A stretch of DNA of 64,000 nucleotides from a virus (taxonomy: Duplodnaviria; Heunggongvirae; Uroviricota; Caudoviricetes): the IMG/VR virus record IMGVR_UViG_3300012983_000002; one strand, 5' to 3'. Below the pieces are notes generated by a model, which was not told where the DNA came from, searched no databases, and saw only the letters and a program-made list of their open reading frames with translations. The position numbers and the translations under genes were made by a program. The stretch's first letter is position 1, and every line of letters begins with the position of its first letter. Positions 26,754-36,263 of this stretch are shown here, one piece after another.

Positions 26754-27230
26754 TTAAATATTAATAGTATATGAAACTATAGCGCCAGGAGGACGCTCTC
26801 CGATCAGTGGGGATGGAAAACGACTCACATCAAATATAGCCTCAATAACAGAATCGCCTATTCCTTCCAGTACAACATTAAAGTTGATAATATCAGGACT
26901 TCTAAACACCACCGCACCATGCAGCACGCTTATATCGAATCTATCAAACAATTCTGTCTCTACCGGCGAGATATATACCGATCCAGGCATAACGCGCCGC
27001 ACACAAGAACTGTCATCAAGGAAATCAAGGTCGATCTCATCTCCAAAAAATGTAGTAGTGATATCGCTCTCAGGCCGTGCCTGTCCGAGCTCCAAGCAAG
27101 TAGCGTAGCAATTATCAACAGCGAGCTTCCTTCGTCGTAAAAGAGCCTTCCACAACTTTGTAGGAATCTTCACGTCAAACTGAAACATTCTCTCCCCGAA
27201 TCCTTGTATATCGGGGAGAGAATTTAACAT
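26754..27230 (-). CDS. hypothetical protein
   Basis: Start trimmed to an internal Met to avoid a 98-bp overlap, so the start is uncertain. Confidence 0.4.
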   Translation of the reverse strand: MLNSLPDIQGFGERMFQFDVKIPTKLWKALLRRRKLAVDNCYATCLELGQARPESDITTTFFGDEIDLDFLDDSSCVRRVMPGSVYISPVETELFDRFDISVLHGAVVFRSPDIINFNVVLEGIGDSVIEAIFDVSRFPSPLIGERPPGAIVSYTINI

Positions 27231-27252
27231 TCTAGTCGTTGGGTCACACGGC

Positions 27253-27804
27253 TTAAGAGAGCGCAACTTCAGAGTCGTTAACTTCATCTTTCTTGGCCGG
27301 TACGTTAAACGTAAATACCATGGCAGCAGAATCCCTGAGGTCACAGCCAATTAACTCCTTCCTCAGAATCTCCCGTGTAAGATCTATGGTGATGTAATCT
27401 GTTTCGTCGTACTCACCATAATTAGTAACCTCATCGTCCTCGTCATAATAAAGGTTACAATACTCCACCTCAAAATCTACTACTATCCTAGGGTTATCTT
27501 CGTAGTCGAGATCAGCGTACACTTGTGCGCTCGAGCAAATACAATCATAATCACAATCATCGTAATACAACGGAAAAGGATCAGAACGCCTACGGTTTAT
27601 AGGATATACTCGAAACGCAGATATGATACTTGTAAGAATATCTGGGGTGGCTCCGTTCAACTGAGCTGTAGTAGCCCTTTGTATTATTCTCTTAGCTTTG
27701 GCAACTATAATATCCGGTATCTCTAGAATTGTACGTCCATATAGCACGCATACCTCTCCAGCTCGATCGTCATTGTCCGTAAAATCAGAAAGAGTAAATC
27801 GCAT
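27253..27804 (-). CDS. hypothetical acidic protein
   Basis: 183-aa ORF. Confidence 0.5.
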   Translation of the reverse strand: MRFTLSDFTDNDDRAGEVCVLYGRTILEIPDIIVAKAKRIIQRATTAQLNGATPDILTSIISAFRVYPINRRRSDPFPLYYDDCDYDCICSSAQVYADLDYEDNPRIVVDFEVEYCNLYYDEDDEVTNYGEYDETDYITIDLTREILRKELIGCDLRDSAAMVFTFNVPAKKDEVNDSEVALS

Positions 27805-27809
27805 AATTT

Positions 27810-28172
27810 TTATTCTGTTAAAAAATGATTAGTAATATCGTAGGTCATACGATAGCTTCCTATCTCACACTCCAATACATACAGTACATGTTCAACAGAC
27901 ACAACTATCGCACGGTTAGGTCTACTGCCAAACAAAGAACTAAAGCGACAATACAACTTCCCTTCCACCATCGGCGCCTGCATAACAATATAAGCCTTAT
28001 CCATAGAATTACTATACAGCGTGTGCAGTACCCTTATAGATTTCCTGGCAGCGCAGATGGCCTCTTTAAGTTTATTCGGTATCTTCAGTAATACATTGGA
28101 GTCGGGTATAGGGGCGGACACAAGTCCGTTATACCTATCCCACTCAGTGTCCAGCAAAGCTATATTAAGCAT
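27810..28172 (-). CDS. hypothetical protein
   Basis: 120-aa ORF. Confidence 0.5.
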   Translation of the reverse strand: MLNIALLDTEWDRYNGLVSAPIPDSNVLLKIPNKLKEAICAARKSIRVLHTLYSNSMDKAYIVMQAPMVEGKLYCRFSSLFGSRPNRAIVVSVEHVLYVLECEIGSYRMTYDITNHFLTE

Positions 28173-28783
28173 TAGTAGAATGATACTGAAGTTGCAGTTG
28201 TTGCTGGTGAATAGTACTGCAGCAACGACGAGATATCATAAGTAACATGTTCTACATTGGCAGTATCTGTATTATCATCAACAGACACAAGCTCGATCCT
28301 GTAAAATAACTTGCATCCCTGAACAATAAACACAGCTCGCGCAGCCTTCTTACACATTGTATTAACTGCGAGCTTGGCAGACGGACAGATAGGAGCTGCC
28401 AGCACAGAGTAGCACATTCCATTGAGAGTTTTCTCCTGTATATAAACTACATTGTGTGCTCGGCGCATAAACCCGATAGTCTTCGTAACACCTGCAGGGA
28501 ATTTAAGTTTGAAGAGAGACGGAAGTAGAGCACCAACACCTGTCGGATCGTCTACAATCATCTTCTTAGTTACAGTAATCTCTGTATATTTCCAGCCGGT
28601 CACAGTGCCCATACCGGCAGACCAATAATTATTAGGCTTAGCGTCCTCAGGCTCTATAACTCGAGGTAACTCTATCTCGAGTTTCTCCTCCACGTCTATA
28701 GTAGGAATATGCCCCTGTTCTTCTGCAACCGTGTCGCTTTTACGACACCCAAAAATAGATCGAATAGTATTAATATTAATCAT
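28172..28783 (-). CDS. hypothetical protein
   Basis: Start trimmed to an internal Met. Confidence 0.45.
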   Translation of the reverse strand: MININTIRSIFGCRKSDTVAEEQGHIPTIDVEEKLEIELPRVIEPEDAKPNNYWSAGMGTVTGWKYTEITVTKKMIVDDPTGVGALLPSLFKLKFPAGVTKTIGFMRRAHNVVYIQEKTLNGMCYSVLAAPICPSAKLAVNTMCKKAARAVFIVQGCKLFYRIELVSVDDNTDTANVEHVTYDISSLLQYYSPATTATSVSFY

Positions 28784-29141
28784 TTTTAAGTAACTGTTCG
28801 TATTTCTTCTGAGCTTCAGACCTGGGTAACACATCTGCCTTGATGGATACCCCTGCCTCTTCCAATACACTCTTCAATACATCTATCGCCACTATTGTAC
28901 GTACGAAATACGCCTGAGAGCTATCTTCGGCTGCTGCCTCTAACATACCTAACTCCTTAATATACGCAGATATCAATGCACTGGCCATCAGATACACTGT
29001 CCCGTTATTAAGGTCGTTGTTAATGATATTACCAGCTGCAAGCCTGGACTTCTTGCATAAGTCTTCCAGGAACTCTTGCTCTGTCCCGTCATCAACAACG
29101 ATAGAAGCTCTGCTCTTATGCTTGATTGCAAATCTAGTCAT
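28776..29141 (-). CDS. hypothetical protein
   Basis: 121-aa ORF. Confidence 0.45.
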   Translation of the reverse strand: MTRFAIKHKSRASIVVDDGTEQEFLEDLCKKSRLAAGNIINNDLNNGTVYLMASALISAYIKELGMLEAAAEDSSQAYFVRTIVAIDVLKSVLEEAGVSIKADVLPRSEAQKKYEQLLKND

Positions 29142-29935
29142 TACTTTTTCTTAGCAGAGTCCTTTGCATTATTGGACGATCGGAAGAAATGCCAACCATG
29201 ATGAGCTAACAGCAACTTACTTCCGCTGGTAGAGGTTGTTGTCTTTGCAGGCTCGGGTTCAGTTTGAGAATAACCGTAAGCCCTCCAATCATACTCGTCG
29301 TCATCATAACCATAGTCATAATCGTAGTCATAGTAAGCCTTATAAGAATTACTATAACCCCCATAACTATACTTCTTGGTTGTAGTTGCTGGTGCCTTAT
29401 ATTCCTTATACGTACCATTAGAGAACTGAACCCCAGGATAATCCTTGTCTGTCACGTACGTGCCATAGGTTACAATAGAACCGTCCTTCTTCATGAATGC
29501 GAACTTGGAAGATCCGATAATAGCCTCAACTACATGCGCACCATCCCCGCCGCCGTTAACAGCAGGAATATACAGATTGCGGAAGAATGTCTCCGAATCA
29601 GTCATACCTCCGTGCGCCTTAATAGACAGAGTACCGTTATGACAGAAAATCAAATCTGTACGCTCATCGCGCCAGCAGTGACAGTTCTCTATATTAATAG
29701 GACCAACAGACTTAATACGAGCGTGCAATACCCATGACGTGTTATCATCCTCTGTGATAGGCTTCATGTACTCAAGGAACTCTTTCTTATCGAGAGTACG
29801 CTTTACCTCGGGACGCTCCATACCGGCCTTATGCCAAGCAACAGCAAATCCATCAGGATTACGCTCACAAGAAGTGACGATGCTGTTCCAGGAGGGAGAC
29901 TTGATACCTTTGGGCTTGGTAAGAATAATGCACAT
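29141..29935 (-). CDS. class-II glutamine amidotransferase-like Ntn-hydrolase domain protein with a Tyr/Asp low-complexity C-terminus
   Basis: Begins MCIIL, with Cys2 as the nucleophile typical of GAT-II/Ntn hydrolases. C-terminal YYDYDYDYGYDDDEYDW tract. Adjacent to the amidoligase gene. Confidence 0.55.
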   Translation of the reverse strand: MCIILTKPKGIKSPSWNSIVTSCERNPDGFAVAWHKAGMERPEVKRTLDKKEFLEYMKPITEDDNTSWVLHARIKSVGPINIENCHCWRDERTDLIFCHNGTLSIKAHGGMTDSETFFRNLYIPAVNGGGDGAHVVEAIIGSSKFAFMKKDGSIVTYGTYVTDKDYPGVQFSNGTYKEYKAPATTTKKYSYGGYSNSYKAYYDYDYDYGYDDDEYDWRAYGYSQTEPEPAKTTTSTSGSKLLLAHHGWHFFRSSNNAKDSAKKK

Positions 29936-30018
29936 AATATTTTAATCTAGTGTTATTTGTTTGATATTTAAGTTTGCTAATACTTTTAACTTATTACTTA
30001 CTAAACCTAGTAGGTATA

Positions 30019-31023
30019 TTACATGTCCTCCTCATCGGAGCAACGACCGTTACCTCGGGGATTGGGGGCGCTTTCGCGCTTACCATCAGGGGAAGGAGTA
30101 TTGAAATAGAAGTGAAGAAGCCAGCTGTTCTCTCGAACATTCTCCTTCATGAACTGCTCGAACGAAGCAAGATTGCAGTCCTTACCAATACGAACCTTCA
30201 TGGTCCACAGGCAGAACAACAGTACGAACTCATTAATAGCGGCTACGCGCTCAGGGCACAGACTACCCTTACCCATACGGAACTCGATAGTATATTTATT
30301 AAGGGTATTGATCTCACAAGTACGACGACGGTTAGCCTCCTTAACAGACGATACAAGAATCTGATACAGTTTAGGCTCAGAGATCATCATATCGGGTACA
30401 GCCTCAGTGAACTTAGCAATAGTATCATCCTTCATCTTGACCTGGTTATAACACACCTTTCGCCCGAACACACGATGTGCGCTCTCATTGTCTTCAATAA
30501 ACATTGCATACAGAGCGGTAAGCTTACCTACAGCTGTACGCATCTGACGGTATTGTGTGGACAGCGCTGCGTCAGGATTGCAGAAGATTGTACGACTAAT
30601 GTGAACGTGGTGACCTGTAGTATTATTGGTCCAGGAACGTGCTCCCTTGGAACTAAGCTCAGAAAGCAGAGGACGCCAGAAATCCGGGTTAGTAGCGTCC
30701 TCAGGATGCAACGGAATAGTAATCAGCTCCATGGGAGCAGATCCGGATAAAGAACCGTCATTCTCACAACAATACCAGTTAGTCTTGTGATCGCAGAACT
30801 CACGACGAGCACGCTCGCTACGGAAAGCCAGTTCAATCTCACTACCCATCAGATAACGAGAGTCAGGACGACTATCTGAAGAGATAGGATGATTGAATAC
30901 ACGATTACAAGACTGGGAGTGATACCCCGTATGGTAACCATACATATAAGTTTCCTGTGTGTAGTTATCATTAACATAGGGACTTACCTTGGCATCTGCA
31001 TCGATAGACTGTGTAGTAGGCAT
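30019..31023 (-). CDS. amidoligase (glutamine synthetase-like COOH-NH2 ligase family)
   Basis: Motifs in family order: GSEIELAF (GxExE), CENDGSL (DxS), MELITIPL and TGHHVHISRT (GxHVH). Confidence 0.6.
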   Translation of the reverse strand: MPTTQSIDADAKVSPYVNDNYTQETYMYGYHTGYHSQSCNRVFNHPISSDSRPDSRYLMGSEIELAFRSERARREFCDHKTNWYCCENDGSLSGSAPMELITIPLHPEDATNPDFWRPLLSELSSKGARSWTNNTTGHHVHISRTIFCNPDAALSTQYRQMRTAVGKLTALYAMFIEDNESAHRVFGRKVCYNQVKMKDDTIAKFTEAVPDMMISEPKLYQILVSSVKEANRRRTCEINTLNKYTIEFRMGKGSLCPERVAAINEFVLLFCLWTMKVRIGKDCNLASFEQFMKENVRENSWLLHFYFNTPSPDGKRESAPNPRGNGRCSDEEDM

Positions 31024-31082
31024 ACTGATTATTTTCTATGTGGTTATTAATTAAATTTTTAACTTAATACTTTTCAGATTAC

Positions 31083-31811
31083 TTACATATTTACAGTCGG
31101 AGCCAGGGCAGTACGCTCCGAAGGGGAGAGTACATAGATAGATCCCTTAAGTTCACTGCTACATTCTTGAAGGAACTTAGTAAATACAGCTGCCATATCA
31201 GGCTCCTCACCAACATCCTCCATCAGAGCACGAGAACTGAGAAGCAGTTGCTCCCACACGCACGGATCAATACCCTCGATAACATCACTCGAAAGACGAA
31301 TATCGACAGAGCCCCTATAGTCAACATCAGGATTATTCTCGAGCCATGCGTTGTAACGCTCCTCGAACTTAGCGCGATCAAGCGCACCAGCTCTAAGTAT
31401 ATTGATCAGACCAGTCGTACTGATCGTTCCATACACATCCACAGTAGCCAGACTTACAGACTCCTTACCGAGCGCATCGCATCCAATAAAGCTAAGATAC
31501 GTATTAGAGCCCCAGTACTTCTTAACAAAATAATTAATGTAAGCTTCCACTACGGAAGTTACAGAAATACCTACCTCCCAAGAGCCAGCCTCCGGGGTAT
31601 CCTCAATACAGGCAGGATCCCACATAGACTTCCAATGCTCTGCAAATATAGACTCGAGAATAGGATCATGTACCTCAGGAACGTACTTATAAGGAACCTT
31701 CATCAAAATACTAGAGGAATCTATATCACTAGCTTTTACGGCCTCCAACTTAGTATTAATACCAGTAACGCGTGTAAGCTCAGTAACCTTGCCGTTGATT
31801 TCGATTAACAT
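31083..31811 (-). CDS. hypothetical protein
   Basis: 242-aa ORF. Confidence 0.5.
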   Translation of the reverse strand: MLIEINGKVTELTRVTGINTKLEAVKASDIDSSSILMKVPYKYVPEVHDPILESIFAEHWKSMWDPACIEDTPEAGSWEVGISVTSVVEAYINYFVKKYWGSNTYLSFIGCDALGKESVSLATVDVYGTISTTGLINILRAGALDRAKFEERYNAWLENNPDVDYRGSVDIRLSSDVIEGIDPCVWEQLLLSSRALMEDVGEEPDMAAVFTKFLQECSSELKGSIYVLSPSERTALAPTVNM

Positions 31812-31866
31812 GTTGTTGTGTTCTTTCTAGTTTTAAATTCAAATACACACAGCTATATTACTTTTA

Positions 31867-32064
31867 TTACCACGCAGAACGACGATTGCTACCAGCATCT
31901 CTATTAGTAGCAGCAATAATGTCATACAACGTATCTGTAGCATCCATTCGCCTTCCTGTGTCTGAATTAACATACACAGTCTTAGCGCTAGCATTCTTAG
32001 CAAGACGCGCCTCCCATGCCTTACGGATCTCTTCTTCCGTTGGTTCTTGTTTTTCTTCTTTCAT
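31867..32064 (-). CDS. small hypothetical protein
   Basis: 65-aa ORF. Confidence 0.4.
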   Translation of the reverse strand: MKEEKQEPTEEEIRKAWEARLAKNASAKTVYVNSDTGRRMDATDTLYDIIAATNRDAGSNRRSAW

Positions 32065-32291
32065 CGTAGTGAATCAGTTGCCCACACTCTACACAAAGTA
32101 TCATGCAGCGTTAAATCCAAGAATTCTCGCCCATCGTCGGACAAGTTTATTACACATTTCTCTATAACCGGGTAGGAGTCTGATCCTATCTCTACAATTA
32201 CTTCCGATCCGTACCTATTGCATATAGACACCACAATAGGCATACCTACTCTACTTCTGTAGGTTACGTTCTTGTGGAATTGAACCAGCAT
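32061..32291 (-). CDS. small hypothetical protein
   Basis: 76-aa ORF with a 4-bp overlap. Confidence 0.4.
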   Translation of the reverse strand: MLVQFHKNVTYRSRVGMPIVVSICNRYGSEVIVEIGSDSYPVIEKCVINLSDDGREFLDLTLHDTLCRVWATDSLR

Positions 32292-32292
32292 G

Positions 32293-33153
32293 TTATTTAC
32301 GCTTCGTATTCTTTGTAGCGTCTACATTCCACCGTGGGTCTAGAGATGTTCCCAACCACACATGCTCTACAACGTTAGAGATCTTATCGAGATACGTCTC
32401 AATAAACTTGCTCTTACCGTGCTTCGCTATCTGACCTTCACAGAACTTGTTAAACACAGTCATGGGTAGATCAGTACTCTTGCTACCTTTATCCTTATCC
32501 CTCAATTTTTTAAATAACCCCACCTTAGAAGGTTTGATGTGGTAGAATTCCATAATAGTACCACCCTCATATATCTCAGCGCCAGACTCATCAGTAATAA
32601 TAGAACCATCACTGGAATAAAAAGGCGATGTGAGATATTCCATCGACAGCGTTCCATCTTTCGGAAGTAGGAGAGTATACTCATCCCCTTCCGGAACTTC
32701 TCTTGGCAAAAGGTTATCTCGAATAAATACAATCACTTCAGCAACGGCATAGGCCTTGAAGATACCATAGCTATGACCGTCGCCGGCTGCCGACCACCCT
32801 CTCTTTATACAAAGGACATGCGACGACGGTAGATATTCTTTTGAGTCGTAAAAACAATCCTCGACATACTCAAGGTCGTTATTCATAACATCCCATCGAT
32901 GTTTATCGATCCAGTCACAATACCAGTCGGTAAAATACTTATCAATTAACAGCTTCTTGTTGACTTCCGTCATTACAGTACTCTCAGGAACATCTATGTA
33001 ACCTGCCTTTATGTCGGCAAGAAACTGAGTAATCATAGTACCCTCGTCCTGATCTTCGCTGTACTTGTCCGAACACCAAAGAACTATATCATCAGTGCTA
33101 GGCTCCGGAAACGTTACATCCCAGGTATCTTTGTCGTTTATTGTTACGTTCAT
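32293..33153 (-). CDS. hypothetical protein
   Basis: 286-aa ORF. Confidence 0.5.
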   Translation of the reverse strand: MNVTINDKDTWDVTFPEPSTDDIVLWCSDKYSEDQDEGTMITQFLADIKAGYIDVPESTVMTEVNKKLLIDKYFTDWYCDWIDKHRWDVMNNDLEYVEDCFYDSKEYLPSSHVLCIKRGWSAAGDGHSYGIFKAYAVAEVIVFIRDNLLPREVPEGDEYTLLLPKDGTLSMEYLTSPFYSSDGSIITDESGAEIYEGGTIMEFYHIKPSKVGLFKKLRDKDKGSKSTDLPMTVFNKFCEGQIAKHGKSKFIETYLDKISNVVEHVWLGTSLDPRWNVDATKNTKRK

Positions 33154-33197
33154 ATTTGCTAGCTAAAAGTTGAGAATTACTAAGAGCAGAATAACTT

Positions 33198-33240
33198 AAT
33201 ACAAAATAGCCGCCGACAATCTCACGACTGTCGGCGGCTA
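33198..33240 (-). terminator. rho-independent terminator
   Basis: 12-bp stem tagccgccgaca/tgtcggcggcta with a 10-nt loop, followed on the minus strand by ttttgtatt. Confidence 0.55.
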
Positions 33241-33311
33241 TACACTTACCATTAGTTTGAACCAACAGGGTAAACAGTCCCTATCAGTTATATATAACAC
33301 ACATAGGCGTA

Positions 33312-33665
33312 TTATTTCACTTCATCCAATATGATGATCTTTCCTAAATAGGCGTTATGTGATTGCAACTCTGTGGTAGGAAGTTCTACTAATTTATTAT
33401 ACCAATCCACCCAGGCTACATAATCCATACTATCGCTAAACTTGTCTCCCGTATAAAACTCTTTAGTTCGCTCGATGTACTCCCTGGTATCCCTAAGAAT
33501 ACACCAATGCATAGGCTTAAGCTTAGCCCAGTTACGAGAAATATAATTTCTAGTCACCTCGGGCATATAGCTATGACGGGGCAAAGCATAACGTAAGGCG
33601 GATACAACTATAGCACAATAATCAGGATCTTGTTCTTCAGACGTATTTAGCAACTGAGTTTCCAT
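33312..33665 (-). CDS. hypothetical protein
   Basis: 117-aa ORF. Confidence 0.5.
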   Translation of the reverse strand: METQLLNTSEEQDPDYCAIVVSALRYALPRHSYMPEVTRNYISRNWAKLKPMHWCILRDTREYIERTKEFYTGDKFSDSMDYVAWVDWYNKLVELPTTELQSHNAYLGKIIILDEVK

Positions 33666-34132
33666 ACCAGTATATCGTCGTCCTGCATTGTCTCTACAAT
33701 GCTGTAAAGTCCTGTCAGAATATTCGTCATCTTATGAGGCTCTTCGAAATTATCAATACACCTATTATGCCTAACATACTTATACTTACGCCACATCGCG
33801 CGCAAGATAGAGTACGCATCAAGTGCCAGCTTGCTGGCATTAGACTGATCTTCAGCCCATACCACATTCTCGCAGAAATCTTCATACCCTTCACTAAGAA
33901 TGCAATACTCTTTGTAAAGCTCACTACTCATAGTAGATATAAGCTTGAGTAGTTGTAGCGGAGTGAACGTAACATAGCCGTCAGGTAAGTCCTCTTTCAC
34001 AGAGCCAAATTTACGCACAACGTCCGCCAAGTCTCTAGCACCACACTGCCAGTGATAAGTACGTCCATCTAAATTATCATCATTTAGAGTAGACTCATTA
34101 CGTTTAAGATAAAATGTATGTTGAAATCCCAT
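33647..34132 (-). CDS. hypothetical protein
   Basis: 161-aa ORF. Confidence 0.5.
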   Translation of the reverse strand: MGFQHTFYLKRNESTLNDDNLDGRTYHWQCGARDLADVVRKFGSVKEDLPDGYVTFTPLQLLKLISTMSSELYKEYCILSEGYEDFCENVVWAEDQSNASKLALDAYSILRAMWRKYKYVRHNRCIDNFEEPHKMTNILTGLYSIVETMQDDDILVWKLSC

Positions 34133-34147
34133 TTCTATTTTACTTGT

Positions 34148-34747
34148 TTACGTTAAATGCTGGACAGACTCCAGCGATCTATGAGACATATGTCTCTCTA
34201 CTATCTCAATAATACTATTACACAACGTTACCTGGTGCATATTCATATCGTTGCGTTCAGCACCTAACAAAACACGCACAGCTTTCAGGTAGCGTTTCTC
34301 CTGACTAATCCTGGAACCATTGCTTTCCTCGATATTGGCGAGCATATCGCAAAGCTTCACAGTCAGCGCAAGAGAGCTTGCTGTAAGAAGAAGTTGTGCC
34401 AGATACCACACCTTGCCGTTACGTTCAATTTCCTTCTGATCCCAAGTATCGGTGAGTTTAAGCACTGGCAAGTACACGTCGTCCCAGCGCCTATCATATT
34501 GCGTTACATATCTGAATACGTCACGCTTACTCTTTACAGGAACATGCCATTCCTGCTCTATACGCGGAATACCTTCTTCGAAAACATCATGAAGCCAAGC
34601 AACGCACACGGCGCACTCATCTCCCCCATTACGTTCTACTAACTCTGCAACCCTGGCAGGATGGTTGATAAATGGAGTCACACCATCTGCGCGGAACTGA
34701 CCTTCATGAATCTTTGTAGCGAATTCTTTAGCATAGTCTTTTGTCAT
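34148..34747 (-). CDS. HD-domain phosphohydrolase
   Basis: H...HD metal-binding pattern (FINHPARVAELV ... VAWLHDVFEEG). Confidence 0.55.
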   Translation of the reverse strand: MTKDYAKEFATKIHEGQFRADGVTPFINHPARVAELVERNGGDECAVCVAWLHDVFEEGIPRIEQEWHVPVKSKRDVFRYVTQYDRRWDDVYLPVLKLTDTWDQKEIERNGKVWYLAQLLLTASSLALTVKLCDMLANIEESNGSRISQEKRYLKAVRVLLGAERNDMNMHQVTLCNSIIEIVERHMSHRSLESVQHLT

Positions 34748-34769
34748 AATTTTTATCTAGTTAGATGTG

Positions 34770-34804
34770 TATAAAAACCCACCGCAGGAATTATCCTGCG
34801 GTGG
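34770..34804 (-). terminator. rho-independent terminator downstream of the tRNA region
   Basis: 11-bp stem ccaccgcagga/tcctgcggtgg with loop atta, followed on the minus strand by gttttta. Confidence 0.55.
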
Positions 34805-34849
34805 TAAACCCCAAATAAACACAGTATGAAAAGAACAAGAACAGAAGTA

Positions 34850-34920
34850 TACCCTCGGACGGTAACGATCCGCCTCTCTCAGTGTGTAAAACTGATTTGC
34901 TACCTTTACAACACAAGGGC
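34850..34920 (-). tRNA. candidate tRNA-Val(TAC) with a non-canonical T-loop
   Basis: Hand-folded cloverleaf: acceptor GCCCTTG/CGAGGGT, anticodon stem TCAGT/ACTGA with loop TTTACAC, but T-loop ATCGTTA instead of TTCGAAT. Intergenic. Needs tRNAscan confirmation. Confidence 0.4.
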
Positions 34921-34995
34921 TACTCTTACCCAAGTTGCCATCGGTTCAGGATTGGTTACCTGATTGTATAGTTACCGACGGACTTGGATCATTAA

Positions 34996-35070
34996 TTGCG
35001 GAGGAGGGATTCGAACCCACGACCTCCAGGTTATGAGCCTGGCTAGCTACCTGACTGCTAACACCCCGCG
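34996..35070 (-). tRNA. tRNA-Met(CAT), initiator-like
   Basis: Resembles bacterial tRNA-fMet (CGCGGGGTG...CTCATAA...GGTTCGAATCC...CCGCAA) with a C1:A72 mismatch. Confidence 0.7.
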
Positions 35071-35121
35071 ATTGCTAATTAAGAATATAATAAGCTTTGG
35101 GTGTAGAGTCAACAATAAAAA

Positions 35122-35361
35122 TTAATTTTTTATAGATACATCAACAATAACATCACCTTCATCCACAAGCTGTAATAATTTAGCCTGTTCAATACCGACC
35201 AGCTTAGCTACAAATGGTGTCATGTTCCATCCATAGCAAGTACTGATCTCACCGGTAGAAGACTTAGTGTAAGCTCCTAATTGCATAGTATCTCCCTGGA
35301 CTACGAGCTCAATTGAGAAAATCCCATCGCCTTTTTCTTTTGATTTAAGTGTAATTTTCAT
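35122..35361 (-). CDS. small hypothetical protein
   Basis: 79-aa ORF. Confidence 0.45.
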   Translation of the reverse strand: MKITLKSKEKGDGIFSIELVVQGDTMQLGAYTKSSTGEISTCYGWNMTPFVAKLVGIEQAKLLQLVDEGDVIVDVSIKN

Positions 35362-35362
35362 G

Positions 35363-35956
35363 TTAACCTAAATTATATTTTTCTACAATTTTAGTTGGTA
35401 CATCTTCAGGCCACCTATCCAACATATACTTAAGCTGATCCTCTGCAGGTTCTCCGAATCTATCGTAGCGTAAACAATTCTCAGGACCACAAGCAGCGAC
35501 AAGCATAGCTTGATTAAAGAAGTACTCGTCGCATACGGATTCCATATAACTTACCGACGTATACATCTCATCGCGCTCCTTACTAAGACGTTCAAACTCC
35601 TTCAGATAGGCTATCCTATCTGTAGGCATACAAAGAATATGATAGACCCTATTACTTCTAATAAGACCATGCATGGAGTGTAAGAACTTGCTGGCGTTCT
35701 TTACTACAGGAACATCGGATGCAGCAGAATACGCGTAATTAGACATAATGTATCTATCTACGAGTACACCGCCATACCGCAACGCGTTATCTGCCTCTGC
35801 AAACTGAGCATACATAGCTTCAGGATCCTTAATGTATGTCAGATGCATATACTGAAGCTCTAACGCTTTACATAACTTCTTAGCCAGGGTAGTCTTTCCT
35901 GATCCGTCCGGGCCTTCCAATACTATTGCTGGTTTTTTATCTCTTGCCATAAACAA
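35363..35956 (-). CDS. tmk: thymidylate (dNMP) kinase
   Basis: P-loop LEGPDGSGKTT at the N-terminus. Size and layout fit dTMP kinase. Confidence 0.65.
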   Translation of the reverse strand: MFMARDKKPAIVLEGPDGSGKTTLAKKLCKALELQYMHLTYIKDPEAMYAQFAEADNALRYGGVLVDRYIMSNYAYSAASDVPVVKNASKFLHSMHGLIRSNRVYHILCMPTDRIAYLKEFERLSKERDEMYTSVSYMESVCDEYFFNQAMLVAACGPENCLRYDRFGEPAEDQLKYMLDRWPEDVPTKIVEKYNLG

Positions 35957-35984
35957 AAATAGCGACCTGTTATGGTCGCTAGAA

Positions 35985-36056
35985 CATCCCCAAGCGGAAT
36001 CGAACCGCTGTCGCAGGAATGAAAATCCTGTGTCCTAACCGCTAGACGATGGGGAC
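35985..36056 (-). tRNA. tRNA-Glu(TTC)
   Basis: GTCCCCATCGTCTAGCGGTTAGGACACAGGATTTTCATTCCTG...GGTTCGATTCC. Close to canonical bacterial tRNA-Glu. Confidence 0.75.
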
Positions 36057-36061
36057 ATTAA

Positions 36062-36133
36062 CGAACCATATCGGAATCGAACCGATGTATCCGCAGGGAC
36101 AGTGCGGTGTACTAACCACTGTACTAATGGTCC
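36062..36133 (-). tRNA. tRNA-Asp(GTC)
   Basis: Acceptor GGACCAT/ATGGTTC, D-stem GTAC/GTAC, anticodon loop CTGTCCC, T-arm ATCGG-TTCGATT-CCGAT. Confidence 0.75.
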
Positions 36134-36143
36134 TTTTATATCA

Positions 36144-36214
36144 AGCGGATAACGGGAGTCGAACCCGTCTAGTAAGCTTGGAAGGCTTCTGCATTACCGA
36201 TATGCTATATCCGC
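36144..36214 (-). tRNA. tRNA-Gly(TCC)
   Basis: Acceptor GCGGATA/TATCCGC, anticodon loop CTTCCAA, T-arm ACGGG-TTCGACT-CCCGT. Confidence 0.7.
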
Positions 36215-36263
36215 GCAATAACATTACTATAAAATATAAAACTATAAATACAATAAAATAAAT

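Noticed and set aside
36049-36261. Plus-strand 70-aa ORF spanning the tRNA-Glu, Asp and Gly genes
   Set aside because: It is fully overlapped by three well-formed minus-strand tRNA genes, so it is an artefact.
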